Below, piece after piece: positions 11,000 through 20,293 of a stretch of DNA of 64,000 bases. Origin of the DNA: Bacteroidota bacterium (GTDB taxonomy: Bacteria > Bacteroidota > Bacteroidia > AKYH767-A > OLB10); NCBI GenBank assembly GCA_016717725.1, contig JADKFA010000001.1, positions 67,219-131,218 of the forward strand, in the 5' to 3' direction. Below the pieces are notes generated by a model. The model worked only from the letters and a program-made list of their open reading frames with translations, searched no databases and was not told the origin of the DNA. Numbering within the stretch: the stretch's first letter is position 1; each line of letters opens with the position of its first letter. The translations under genes were made by a program, and so were the position numbers.

Positions 11000-11464
11000 T
11001 TACAATCGTTTCCAAACCAACTTCACTGCGGAGATAGAATCAATTTCTAATCGGACACCTTCTTGAATTTCAAAACCATTTTTTACATAAAACTTCAAAG
11101 GAGAAATATAAGGAGAGCCATCTGCTTTCAACTCTCGATCATGATCAACCACCCAAGCGGAAATCGAATCGACGTCTTTTGTTAATTCTTCCAATAAAAT
11201 TGTTCCATAGCCTTTTCCTTGCATGGAGGGAGGCATGAGCATGGCTAGCCACAATTCATCATCGCGGATAAATCGAAAAGAAAAAGCTGTGGCTGATAGT
11301 GATGCATCAATCAAAAGAAAATATTCCACTTGTTCTAATCCATCAAAATAGGATTTGACTTGGGCTACATCCTCGAACTGCAAATTTACTGGATACACTT
11401 CGTTCCAGCATTTCATCAATTCGATTTGTTGCTGTTGATTTAAAACATGAGTATGAATAATCAT
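11000..11464 (-). CDS. GNAT family N-acetyltransferase
   Basis: QGKGYG acetyl-CoA motif. The start was chosen at the internal Met (MIIHTHV); the track start at 11500 is also possible. Confidence 0.6.
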   Translation of the reverse strand: MIIHTHVLNQQQQIELMKCWNEVYPVNLQFEDVAQVKSYFDGLEQVEYFLLIDASLSATAFSFRFIRDDELWLAMLMPPSMQGKGYGTILLEELTKDVDSISAWVVDHDRELKADGSPYISPLKFYVKNGFEIQEGVRLEIDSISAVKLVWKRL

Positions 11465-11667
11465 CTTAATATTCCTTTTAAAAATGCTATGAGAAAACAA
11501 AGATACTAGTTCGTTATACTACATAATACTCATACTGCAGCTTTTATTCACTAATCAGCACTAAAACGAGAAAGACGTATACGATTCAAGTGAATCCGAC
11601 AAGGCTACTTTGATTTACTTGCCATTTGGTTTACTTAACACCCTTTCTATTGACATTTTAATTATTA

Positions 11668-11683
11668 TTCGTATATTTACGAA
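11668..11683. promoter_or_regulatory. Palindrome TTCGTA-N4-TACGAA upstream of arsR (candidate ArsR operator)
   Basis: ttcgtatatttacgaa lies 19 nt upstream of the arsR ATG. The same half-sites recur at 12040-12057. Confidence 0.45.
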
Positions 11684-11701
11684 CTACAAGTTATATATAA
11701 T

Positions 11702-12001
11702 ATGGCCGTTACAAAAGAAAAGTTTACAGTTAATCAGGAACTAATTGCTCAATTTGCTAACGCATTAGGCAACCCTGTACGAGTGTCCATTTTACAATTG
11801 TTATCTAAACAAAGTTGTTGCTATCATGGGGATATGGCAGGGGAACTTCCTATTGCTAAAAGTACGTTATCCCAACATTTAAAGGTGTTGTTAGAAGCAG
11901 GATTAATACAAGGTGAAATAACCCCACCCAAAACAAAATACTGCATCAATCGAGCAAACTGGAATTTAGCCAAAGGGTTGTTGATTGGTTTCTTTCATTG
12001 A
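11702..12001 (+). CDS. ArsR/SmtB family transcriptional regulator
   Basis: 99 aa with a winged HTH (FANALGNPVRVSILQLL..STLSQHLKVL) and a CC pair in helix 3 (SCCYHGD). Confidence 0.8.
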   Translation: MAVTKEKFTVNQELIAQFANALGNPVRVSILQLLSKQSCCYHGDMAGELPIAKSTLSQHLKVLLEAGLIQGEITPPKTKYCINRANWNLAKGLLIGFFH

Positions 12002-12039
12002 AAATCATATGATATTGGTCATATTTCAAACATGATATT

Positions 12040-12057
12040 GTTCGTATTTTTACGAAC
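12040..12057. promoter_or_regulatory. Second copy of the palindrome (gTTCGTA-N4-TACGAAc), between arsR and the thioredoxin-like gene
   Basis: gttcgtatttttacgaac has 7-bp perfect arms. Confidence 0.45.
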
Positions 12058-12079
12058 TTATTGAAAAACAAAAAATAAA

Positions 12080-12316
12080 ATGAAACAGATAAAAGTTTTA
12101 GGACCTGGTTGCCCAAAATGCAAAACCACCTTTAATAATGTATTGGAAGCTATTAAACAATTGGGTATTGAGGCACAGGTTACAAAGGTGGAAGACATTG
12201 AGGAAATGATGAAATACAATGTTCTATCAACACCAGTGTTGATGATTAATGAAGTTATCAAAGTAAAAGGCAGGGTTGCCGACATCAATGAAATTAAACA
12301 ATTACTCACTGCATAA
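12080..12316 (+). CDS. thioredoxin-fold protein, MTH895/TM0996 (redox-active disulfide protein 2) type
   Basis: 78 aa with an N-terminal GCPKC motif. This family is typically partnered with an ArsR regulator and a COG0701 permease. Confidence 0.75.
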   Translation: MKQIKVLGPGCPKCKTTFNNVLEAIKQLGIEAQVTKVEDIEEMMKYNVLSTPVLMINEVIKVKGRVADINEIKQLLTA

Positions 12317-12329
12317 ATAAACGCACAAA

Positions 12330-12713
12330 ATGGCAAATCAAACTTTAGTCAAAGAAATATGCCCGACCTCCACACAAGTTAGAGTAAAAGAAGGTGCCAT
12401 ATTGATAGATGTTCGTGAAAGAAATGAAGTAGCGGCGTTGGCCTACGATGTTCCAAACATTATCAATATCCCATTAAGCGAATTTGAAGACCGCTATACT
12501 GAAATTCCAAAAGACAAAGAGGTAATAATTGTATGCAAAAGCGGTGGCAGAAGCTTAAGAGCAGCTGGTTTCTTAATAAATCATGGTTATACTAATGTAA
12601 CAAATATGGAGTATGGGATCACCCGTTGGGTGCAAAAAGGATTTCCTACCAAGGGAGATACTTCCCATTTATCAGGAAGCGATTCATGCTGTAATTCGTC
12701 TGGTTGCTGTTAA
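12330..12713 (+). CDS. rhodanese-like sulfurtransferase with a Cys-rich C-terminal tail
   Basis: Active-site loop CKSGGRS. The C-terminus is SDSCCNSSGCC. Confidence 0.8.
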   Translation: MANQTLVKEICPTSTQVRVKEGAILIDVRERNEVAALAYDVPNIINIPLSEFEDRYTEIPKDKEVIIVCKSGGRSLRAAGFLINHGYTNVTNMEYGITRWVQKGFPTKGDTSHLSGSDSCCNSSGCC

Positions 12714-12722
12714 TAATCACCT

Positions 12723-13701
12723 ATGTTTAATTGGTTACAAAACTTTGCTGACTGGCTTATTTATTCAGTATTTGGACTAACACATGGTTCAAAGATTGGC
12801 GATGCTTTTAACTTTTTTGTGTATGACAGCATAAAAATTTTTATTCTGTTGGGTGTAATAACCATATTAATGGGAATAATTAACTCCTATTTCCCTATCG
12901 AGAAAGTTCGGAATTTTTTAACTAAACGCAAAATGGTATGGACTTGATTACTTTTTGGCTTCTTTCTTTGGAACTATTACTCCGTTTTGTTCATGCTCTT
13001 CCGTTCCTTTATTTATTGGCTTTGTAAAAGGTGGAATTCCGCTAGGCGTAACGTTAGCTTTTCTCATTTCATCACCTTTGGTTGATGCGGTTTCAGTTGC
13101 TATGTTTCTTGGAATGTTCGGATGGAAAACAACAATTGTTTATGTGGTCAGCGGTATTGTGTTATCAATGATAGCAGGATTTATATTGGGAAAAATGAAG
13201 CTAGAGCACTTCCTCACTGATTGGGTGCAGCAATTACTAAAAAACAAAAAGTTGTCAGACGATACGCAGGAAAATGAGCAATTGAGTTTTTATCAACGTA
13301 CACCTGAAATTTTAAAGGAAGCGATATTAATTGTAAAAAGTGTATCGCCATACATTTTAATAGGGATTGCCATTGGTGGATTAATGCACGGATTTATTCC
13401 AACAGGTTTTTTTGAAACATATATAAAAAAAGAAAATCCATTTGCAGTCCCCATCGCCGTTTTAGTAGGTGTTCCTATGTATAGTAATGCTGCAGGAATT
13501 TTGCCCATCATGCAGGTGTTAGTTCAAAAAGGTATTCCTATCGGAACTGCAATAGCATTTATGATGGCGGTTGTTGGACTATCCATTCCAGAAGGTTTGT
13601 TGCTTAAAAAAGTTATGTCAGTAAAAATGTTAATTATTTTCTATGCAGTAGTAACAGTATGTATAATTATCTCAGGCTATGTTTTTAATCTCATTCTATA
13701 A
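12723..13701 (+). pseudogene. COG0701-type permease (TPFCSCSS motif, ArsP-like family), with one frameshift at an A-run near 12929-12933
   Basis: Removing one A gives KRKWYGLDYFLASFFGTITPFCSCSSVPLFIGF. Both parts are multi-TM. Confidence 0.75.
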
Positions 13702-13715
13702 AAATTCAAAATAAA

Positions 13716-14594
13716 ATGCAAAAAATAATCATCATTCTAACAACCTTTGCAAGCATATTTATTATGTCCTGCAATTCAAATTCAACGCCTCCCAATTTCA
13801 AAAGTGAAAAAGAAAGCTTAACCATCAACGAAGCTTATGTATTACTGAATGAAAATGCTGTACTCATTGATGTTCGTGAACCCAATGAATTAGTTGAGCA
13901 ATCGTATGATGTAAAGAATTGGATCAATATTCCGCTGGATAGTATTGAAATTAAAATTAACAACATTCCATCAGACAAACAAGTGATTTTAGCTTGTCAG
14001 TCAGGAAGAAGGAGCCAACTGGCATTTGAAATTTTAAAAGCAAAAGGATATATTAACATTGCTAATCTGGAAGGCGGAATGAATGCTTGGACAAAAGCAG
14101 GAAAGCCAACTAAAACCTCAAAAGTAGAAAAGGAATCTTGTTGTGATGACCCCAGCAGTTCTAATTGTAATCCAGATGGAACCTGCAAATCAATCGACGA
14201 AAAGACTACAATTTCAGGAAATAACTTAACAAAAAATCATTTGGAAGTTTATGTCTTTCATGGAACAAGACAATGTGAAACTTGCAAACACATGAAGGCA
14301 TACACCAAGGAAACATTAGATAACTACTTTTCTGAGCAATTAAAAAACGGAAGCATTGTATTTGCAATAGTTGATGTTGATGATGCAGCCAATGAAATGT
14401 TAGCAGCCAAATTTGAAGCAACGGGAACAGCATTGATGATAAATAATGTGGTGAACGGGCAAGACCATATTGCTGACTGGAGTAATTTTGCATTTGAAAA
14501 GGCCAACGTTAAAAACAAATTCGTTCTTGAGCTAAAAACCATGATTAACGAAGTTTTAAAAAAGCAAAATGGAAACACTTCATCAATTAATTGA
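13716..14594 (+). CDS. lipoprotein with an N-terminal rhodanese domain, a Cys-rich linker and a C-terminal thioredoxin-fold-like domain (CxxC)
   Basis: Lipobox FIMSC, rhodanese loop CQSGRRS, linker CCDDPSSSNCNPDGTC and C-terminal RQCETC. Confidence 0.65.
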   Translation: MQKIIIILTTFASIFIMSCNSNSTPPNFKSEKESLTINEAYVLLNENAVLIDVREPNELVEQSYDVKNWINIPLDSIEIKINNIPSDKQVILACQSGRRSQLAFEILKAKGYINIANLEGGMNAWTKAGKPTKTSKVEKESCCDDPSSSNCNPDGTCKSIDEKTTISGNNLTKNHLEVYVFHGTRQCETCKHMKAYTKETLDNYFSEQLKNGSIVFAIVDVDDAANEMLAAKFEATGTALMINNVVNGQDHIADWSNFAFEKANVKNKFVLELKTMINEVLKKQNGNTSSIN

Positions 14595-15279
14595 TAGCAC
14601 CAATATCCCAATATTTTCAGCATTACTTTTAGGGGTATTAACGGCTATTAGTCCGTGTCCACTCGCCACCAACATAACAGCAACTGCATACATTGCCAAA
14701 ACACTTTCAGGCAAAAAGCAAGTGTTGTTAAGCGGATTACTTTACACTTTAGGGCTTGCACTATCTTACACCACCATCGCATTGATAATCATTTTCGGAG
14801 CAAGCAAATTCCATATTGCTAAATTTTTTCAGGCTAATGGAGAAAGGTTTGTAGGACCAGTCATGCTAATTATTGGATTGATAATGCTAAACGTTATTAA
14901 ATTAAATTTTATTGGCAAAACAAACTTCACCGAAAAGCTACAAGATAAATTCAAAGACAAAGGATTACTTGGTTCATTCTTACTAGGAATATTATTCGCC
15001 ATGGCTTTCTGCCCATATAGTGGAGCCATGTATTTTGGTGTACTAATTCCAATGAGCATTAAAAGCAGCATTGGATTCTCATTACCCATTTTTTATGCAT
15101 TGGGTGTAGGTTCTTTGGTTTTATTTTTCACTTTCCTAATTGCATTCAGTATGGAAAAAGTAGGTAAGTACTTTAACGCAGTAAAACGCATTGAAAGAGT
15201 GATGCGGGTAATTGCAGGTCTTTTATTTCTGCTTACTGGCTTATATTACATTTTAATTTACATGAAAATTATAGAATAA
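14569..15279 (+). CDS. DsbD/CcdA-like (DsbD_2) thiol-disulfide transfer membrane protein
   Basis: 6 TM segments, an ISPCPL motif in TM1 and a second Cys-Pro (AFCPYSG). Confidence 0.6.
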   Translation: METLHQLIDSTNIPIFSALLLGVLTAISPCPLATNITATAYIAKTLSGKKQVLLSGLLYTLGLALSYTTIALIIIFGASKFHIAKFFQANGERFVGPVMLIIGLIMLNVIKLNFIGKTNFTEKLQDKFKDKGLLGSFLLGILFAMAFCPYSGAMYFGVLIPMSIKSSIGFSLPIFYALGVGSLVLFFTFLIAFSMEKVGKYFNAVKRIERVMRVIAGLLFLLTGLYYILIYMKIIE

Positions 15280-15734
15280 TGACAACAACACAAGCATATC
15301 TGCAAACCTGGATAGAAGCACGCACAAGGTTTTCAAATCTTTTAAAAGATTTAAAAGAAATTGACCTTACTAAGAAATTGGTTAATACAAAAAACAGTGC
15401 GGGTTTTCTCATTCGACATATCGCTGATGTTGAATTGCTGTTTGCAAAAAACGTTTTTGGAGTGTCTGAAATAAAAGTTCAAGCAAAGACAGTAATTGCA
15501 CAACACGACACGGGTGAATGGATAAACCTTATTGAGTTGCTGGAATATCAACAATATGCTTTTGAAAATCTCAAAGCAATAATTGAAAAACAAAATGATG
15601 ATGATTGGCAAGAATCGATAACTACAAAGGAATTTGGCACAAAAACCAAAGCCGAAGCTTTAGGCAGAATTATTTCTCATACGGCTTATCACGCAGGTCA
15701 GTTGTCTCTAATATTGAAATATGCAATCTTATAG
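15279..15734 (+). CDS. DinB family protein
   Basis: 151 aa with the His pattern (IRHIADVE .. HTAYHAGQ) of the DinB four-helix bundle. Its start overlaps the upstream stop (TAATG). Confidence 0.6.
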   Translation: MTTTQAYLQTWIEARTRFSNLLKDLKEIDLTKKLVNTKNSAGFLIRHIADVELLFAKNVFGVSEIKVQAKTVIAQHDTGEWINLIELLEYQQYAFENLKAIIEKQNDDDWQESITTKEFGTKTKAEALGRIISHTAYHAGQLSLILKYAIL

Positions 15735-15813
15735 TTATTGTATTAAAAGTGTGATTGATACATTAACTACTACTATTAAAACCACATTAAGTATTAACTA
15801 AAATTCCTACAAC

Positions 15814-16116
15814 ATGTCAAAAACATTCTCGGAAATTATTAATAATGATAAACCTACACTGGTTGACTTTTTTGCTGAATGGTGCGGTCCATGTAAAATG
15901 ATGCAACCCATACTAGCGGAGTTAAAAACTACTCTAGGTAACAATGTAACAATTTTAAAAATTGACATTGATAAAAATCCGAAAGCTGCAAATGCTTATC
16001 AAATTTTAGGCGTTCCTACATTAATACTTTTTAGAAATGGGGAAATAAAATGGCGGCAGTCTGGGGTCGTTACATCGAATCAGCTTCAGAAAATTATTCA
16101 TCAACATTCAACTTGA
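15814..16116 (+). CDS. trxA: thioredoxin
   Basis: WCGPC active site, 100 aa. Confidence 0.9.
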   Translation: MSKTFSEIINNDKPTLVDFFAEWCGPCKMMQPILAELKTTLGNNVTILKIDIDKNPKAANAYQILGVPTLILFRNGEIKWRQSGVVTSNQLQKIIHQHST

Positions 16117-16247
16117 TAAAAAAGATAGAAAACATCAATCAGGAAGAAGAAAACACAAATTAAAAACAAGGTATCCAAATCGACGATCTATTCATCATCC
16201 AAAAATAAAGATGGTAATTGTTTTAAACGTTAAACTGAACGACAAAA

Positions 16248-17134
16248 ATGGAATTTATAGACTATTATAAAATTTTAGAAATACCTAAAACCGCAACTGA
16301 AAGCGATATAAAAAAGGCTTATCGTAAATTCGCCCGAAAATATCATCCCGACTTAAATCCTAATAATAAAGAAGCCGAAAAGAAATTTAAAGAAATTAAC
16401 GAAGCCAATGAGGTACTAAGTGATCCTGAAAAAAGAAAGAAGTACGATGAGTTTGGAATGGATTGGAAACATGCTGAAGATTTAAAAAAAGCCAAACAAC
16501 AACAATCAAATAGAAGTGCTAACCCTCAACAAGATTATGGTGAATTTTCAGGTGATTTCTCCGACTTTTTTGAAACAATGTATGGTAGAGGTGGAAATAG
16601 ACAAACAAAATTCAGAGGTCAAGATTTAAACGCAGAATTGCATTTAAATTTAAAAGATGTCTATAAATCACAACAACAAACCATAACAGTTAATGGTAAG
16701 AACATTCGTTTAACCTTTCCAGCAGGAATAGAAAATGGTCAAGTAATAAAAATAAATGGATATGGGTCTCAAGGTGTGAATGGAGGTCCGAATGGAGATT
16801 TGTATATTACTTTTTCAATAAAAAATGACACAAAATTTAAAAGAGAAGGAAGAACCTATATATAAACACCGATTTGGATCTATATACAGCTTTATTGGGA
16901 GGCGAAGTATTGATCGATACTTTCGATGGCAAAGTTAAACTTAAGGTTGCTCCAGAGACTCAATCGGGCACAAAAGTAAAATTGAAAGGAAAAGGGTTTC
17001 CTGTTTATAAAAAAGATAATGAGTTTGGCGATTTGGTGGTTACCTATCAGGTCAAATTGCCATCAAATTTAACCGAAAAGGAAAAAGAGCTTTTAACAGA
17101 ATTACAAAAAATCAGAAATAATGGAAACAACTAA
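16248..17134 (+). pseudogene. cbpA: DnaJ-class co-chaperone (curved-DNA-binding protein CbpA type), with one frameshift near 16850
   Basis: J domain ([18 protein letters not shown]) with no Zn-finger. The C-terminal part continues in another frame ([19 protein letters not shown]). The break lies at ggaagaac, consistent with a missing A. Confidence 0.8.
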
Positions 17135-17417
17135 TTTAGTACTTGTAGAACAGTTCTGTTCGAATTGTGATGTGGAATTTTCTTTTATCAATTCACTAAA
17201 CGAATATGGTATTATTGAAATAATTATTTTAGAAGACAAAAAATACATTTCTAATGAGCATTTAAAAGATGTTGAAAGGGCGATTCGCTTTCATTATGAA
17301 TTAAATATTAATATTGAAGGTATAGATGTTATATCTAATTTATTAAAACAAATAGATGATTTACAACAAGAGTTAATTGCCACTAAAAACAAATTGAAGC
17401 TATTTGATTCAGAATAG
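17121..17417 (+). CDS. chaperone modulator CbpM-like (MerR-like) protein
   Basis: 98 aa and overlaps the cbpA end, which is the classical cbpA-cbpM arrangement. Confidence 0.5.
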   Translation: METTNLVLVEQFCSNCDVEFSFINSLNEYGIIEIIILEDKKYISNEHLKDVERAIRFHYELNINIEGIDVISNLLKQIDDLQQELIATKNKLKLFDSE

Positions 17418-17611
17418 GAAAATGGAAAAATCAAATTTAGTAGTTATTCTAAATTCCTAGCGGTTATTGGTTTAATAAAAGCAATATTTATTTTTTGGGT
17501 TCTTGCATCTGTAACAATAACACTTCCCATTTTCAGTCGATCAACAACAATTTGATACCCTATTTAGCAAATCAAAATCTTTCATTAAGGCTCCACGCAA
17601 TCACTATGCAA

Positions 17612-17641
17612 AACTGGATCGACAACGAAGTCGATCCAGTT
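17612..17641. terminator. Hairpin between convergent cbpM and the porin gene (bidirectional terminator candidate)
   Basis: actggatcgac-aacgaa-gtcgatccagt has an 11-bp perfect stem, with ttctt downstream on the + strand. Confidence 0.5.
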
Positions 17642-17660
17642 TCTTCAGGATAATTAAATC

Positions 17661-18875
17661 TTAGAAATTAATTTGTGCTTGCAATCTCAACAAGGAACCT
17701 TCTTGATAATTATCTCTTAACACAGCATCTTCAAACTTCCGTTTTGAAATGGTATACATGGCAACGAATTCAAATTGCGGAACAGGCTGCCATTCCAGAC
17801 CAATCTCCATTTCTTCCACTTCATAAGAACGCGCATCCAATTCATGCTTCTTACCACCATTGTAATATTGATAGCGCACAAATGGAATCATAATTTGATC
17901 TTTAATTTTGGTCATATAAGATAGAATGATGTAACCACCATAGAGATCCTTCGTCTCTATTGAATCGGTTGCTTTATTAAACTCTGGACCTTCACCGATA
18001 TTATATTCTGCTTGAATTCCGAAAGGCTTCGGATACAAAGTAAAAGAACCGGCTACACGTTGATCTGTGTAACTCTTATCCACTGTTGTTTTGATATCAG
18101 TGGATATTTGATCTTTTGCCATGACATATTTTCCAGAATATCCTTGCACTCCAGCTTCAATAATTTGGTTTCCTAACTCAAAAGGATAACTTAGTCGACC
18201 CACTACATGCACTTCGTTATTCAAATCAGGTTTATTGGCTGTTTGTCCATTAAATACTCCAAAAGCAAAAACGCCATAATCTCCTGTACCTTTCAATCCA
18301 GCTTTAACAAGATGACTCAATAATTTTCTTTTCTTAGTAGGCGCCCAATAAAAGAAAGCACCCATATCACGCTCATTCGAAAATGCACTGTTTATGGCAT
18401 CATCACGATCTAGTGGCATACGATTCTGACTTGACTGCAAATTTTCAAATCCAAAAGGCACTTTACTCTGCCCTAAACGAACTCTAAACTCATTTTTCTT
18501 GTCAATGCCTAAATCCATGTACGCATCTCTCAACTGTGCAAAATTCAAACTTGTTGAAGAGGCAGCACTAGCAAAATCAGGTTGAATATAAAAATACACT
18601 TGCTTTGAAATTTGACCTGAAAAAATAATTCGAGCACGACGAATAAAGATACCACCATTATCTCCCCAACTTTTATCACACTGATCACACTTTAATTTTT
18701 CGTTTGTTTCCAAAAAGCGATTGTAACGTATTTGCAAGTATCCGCGTATTTTAAAAGTGTCGAACCACTTTTCTTCACTTTCTGGTTTCGGTGCTTTAGG
18801 CTCTGCAGTTGCTTGTGCAAATAAAGAGTTGCTGCTTAATACATGTATGACCATTAGTAAAAACATACTTTTCAT
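17661..18875 (-). CDS. porin (phosphate-selective porin O/P-like)
   Basis: Signal peptide MKSMFLLMVIHVLSSNSLFAQA, alternating beta-strand pattern and a C-terminal F. Confidence 0.65.
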   Translation of the reverse strand: MKSMFLLMVIHVLSSNSLFAQATAEPKAPKPESEEKWFDTFKIRGYLQIRYNRFLETNEKLKCDQCDKSWGDNGGIFIRRARIIFSGQISKQVYFYIQPDFASAASSTSLNFAQLRDAYMDLGIDKKNEFRVRLGQSKVPFGFENLQSSQNRMPLDRDDAINSAFSNERDMGAFFYWAPTKKRKLLSHLVKAGLKGTGDYGVFAFGVFNGQTANKPDLNNEVHVVGRLSYPFELGNQIIEAGVQGYSGKYVMAKDQISTDIKTTVDKSYTDQRVAGSFTLYPKPFGIQAEYNIGEGPEFNKATDSIETKDLYGGYIILSYMTKIKDQIMIPFVRYQYYNGGKKHELDARSYEVEEMEIGLEWQPVPQFEFVAMYTISKRKFEDAVLRDNYQEGSLLRLQAQINF

Positions 18876-19102
18876 TCCCATTATCCGATTTGGATAACAT
18901 CTTAATAACCTTTTTTTCATTTTAATTTTAGATTAGTTCCTTGGGGGCAAAAATAAATTTAATTCTGCTCTAAAAACGACCTATTGCCTCTTCAACGTTA
19001 ACAAATCATTAATATCGCTCCCAATGTTAAGATAACATTAACCCTATGTTAAGGTAACCTTTTGGTCACATCAAAAGAGTGGTGGATTTCTAAAAAAGAG
19101 AG

Positions 19103-20146
19103 CTAAACTATCGACTTATTAGCCAATTGACCACATGCAGCGTCAATATCCTTGCCTCTACTACGACGCAGATTAACGACATGACCATGTTTCCAAAGTT
19201 CGTTCATAAAAGCATTGATCTTAGGTTCGGTAGTCTTTTGAAACTCGCCTCCATCAATGGGATTGTATTCAATTAAATTAATCTTGCTCACCACCCGACG
19301 AGCAAAAGCTGCCAATTCACGGGCATCATCGAGGCTATCATTAAAATTATTAAAAACAATATATTCTAAAGTAACTCTTGTACCTGTCTTTTCATAAAAA
19401 TAATTCAAAGACTCTTCCAGCACATCCAACTTATTACTTTCATTGATGGGCATAATGCGATCGCGTTTCTGATCATTAGCAGCATGCAGAGATAAAGCGA
19501 GATTAAACTTTACTTCATCATCACCTAATTTCTTAATCATCTTGGCTATACCTGCTGTACTCACCGTAATTCGGCGAGGCGCCATATTCAAGCCTTGTTG
19601 TGAGGTGATATGCTCTATACTTTTTAAAACATTAGCATAATTAAGAAGAGGCTCACCCATGCCCATATAGACAACATTACTTAATGCAATATCGTAATTC
19701 TCTTGAGCCTGTTCACGAATCATTGCAACCTGATCATAGATTTCATCGAAATGCAAGTTGCGCACTCGGTCCATCTTCCCTGTACCACAAAATTTACATG
19801 TCAGGCTACATCCTACTTGAGAACTCACGCATGCAGTCATTCGAGTATCGGTAGGAATTAGTACTCCTTCCACAATATTTCCATCGTGCAGCTTAAAAGC
19901 ATTCTTTATGGTTCGATCGCGGCTTACTTGTGAAGTCTCAATGGTGATGGGATTAATAGTAAAATTCTCTTCGAGTAAAGTCCGTGTATCCTTCGACAAA
20001 TTCGTCATTTCATCAAAAGAACGGGCTGATTTATTCCACAACCAATCACTTACCTGCTTGGCACGAAAGGCTTTATCTCCTTTAGAGACGAAAACCTCTT
20101 TGAGTTCATCCAGGTTTAAATGACGTATATTTTGCTTTTCAGACAT
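19103..20146 (-). CDS. rlmN: 23S rRNA/tRNA (adenine-C2)-methyltransferase RlmN, radical SAM
   Basis: CSLTCKFCGTG radical-SAM motif, plus MGMGEPL and ACGQL near the C-terminus. Confidence 0.9.
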   Translation of the reverse strand: MSEKQNIRHLNLDELKEVFVSKGDKAFRAKQVSDWLWNKSARSFDEMTNLSKDTRTLLEENFTINPITIETSQVSRDRTIKNAFKLHDGNIVEGVLIPTDTRMTACVSSQVGCSLTCKFCGTGKMDRVRNLHFDEIYDQVAMIREQAQENYDIALSNVVYMGMGEPLLNYANVLKSIEHITSQQGLNMAPRRITVSTAGIAKMIKKLGDDEVKFNLALSLHAANDQKRDRIMPINESNKLDVLEESLNYFYEKTGTRVTLEYIVFNNFNDSLDDARELAAFARRVVSKINLIEYNPIDGGEFQKTTEPKINAFMNELWKHGHVVNLRRSRGKDIDAACGQLANKSIV

Positions 20147-20179
20147 CGGGGCAAAGATACGGGTTAGTTGTTGGACTTT

Positions 20180-20213
20180 GGATGTTGGATGTTGGATGTT
20201 GGATGTCGCTAGG
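20180..20213. repeat. Heptamer tandem repeat (ggatgtt) x ~4.7 in the rlmN upstream region
   Basis: ggatgttggatgttggatgttggatgttggatgt read directly. Confidence 0.6.
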
Positions 20214-20293
20214 ATTCTCGATTAGTTGCTAGAGGTTTGGATGTAAAGTGTTTATCGTGAGGCTTTGCGATTAGGTGTAGAATTTCAATGAAT

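Noticed and set aside
12058-12336. A 92-aa minus-strand ORF lies opposite the thioredoxin-like gene. Many similar 60-130 aa antisense or overlapping ORFs appear in the track (for example 561-794, 3009-3203, 7789-8342, 13293-13511, 14206-14623, 20694-20895, 40960-41253, 47742-48418, 53915-54280).
   Set aside because: They lie entirely inside well-supported genes on the other strand or frame. They have low-complexity or Cys/Phe/Leu-rich compositions typical of AT-rich antisense frames, and no recognisable motifs.
20180-20213. The heptamer repeat (ggatgtt)n upstream of rlmN could be a phase-variation switch.
   Set aside because: It lies outside any ORF and is not obviously within promoter spacing. 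Similar heptamer tracts accompany the palindromic repeat family elsewhere, so it is more likely part of that repeat family. There is no evidence of length variation from a single sequence.
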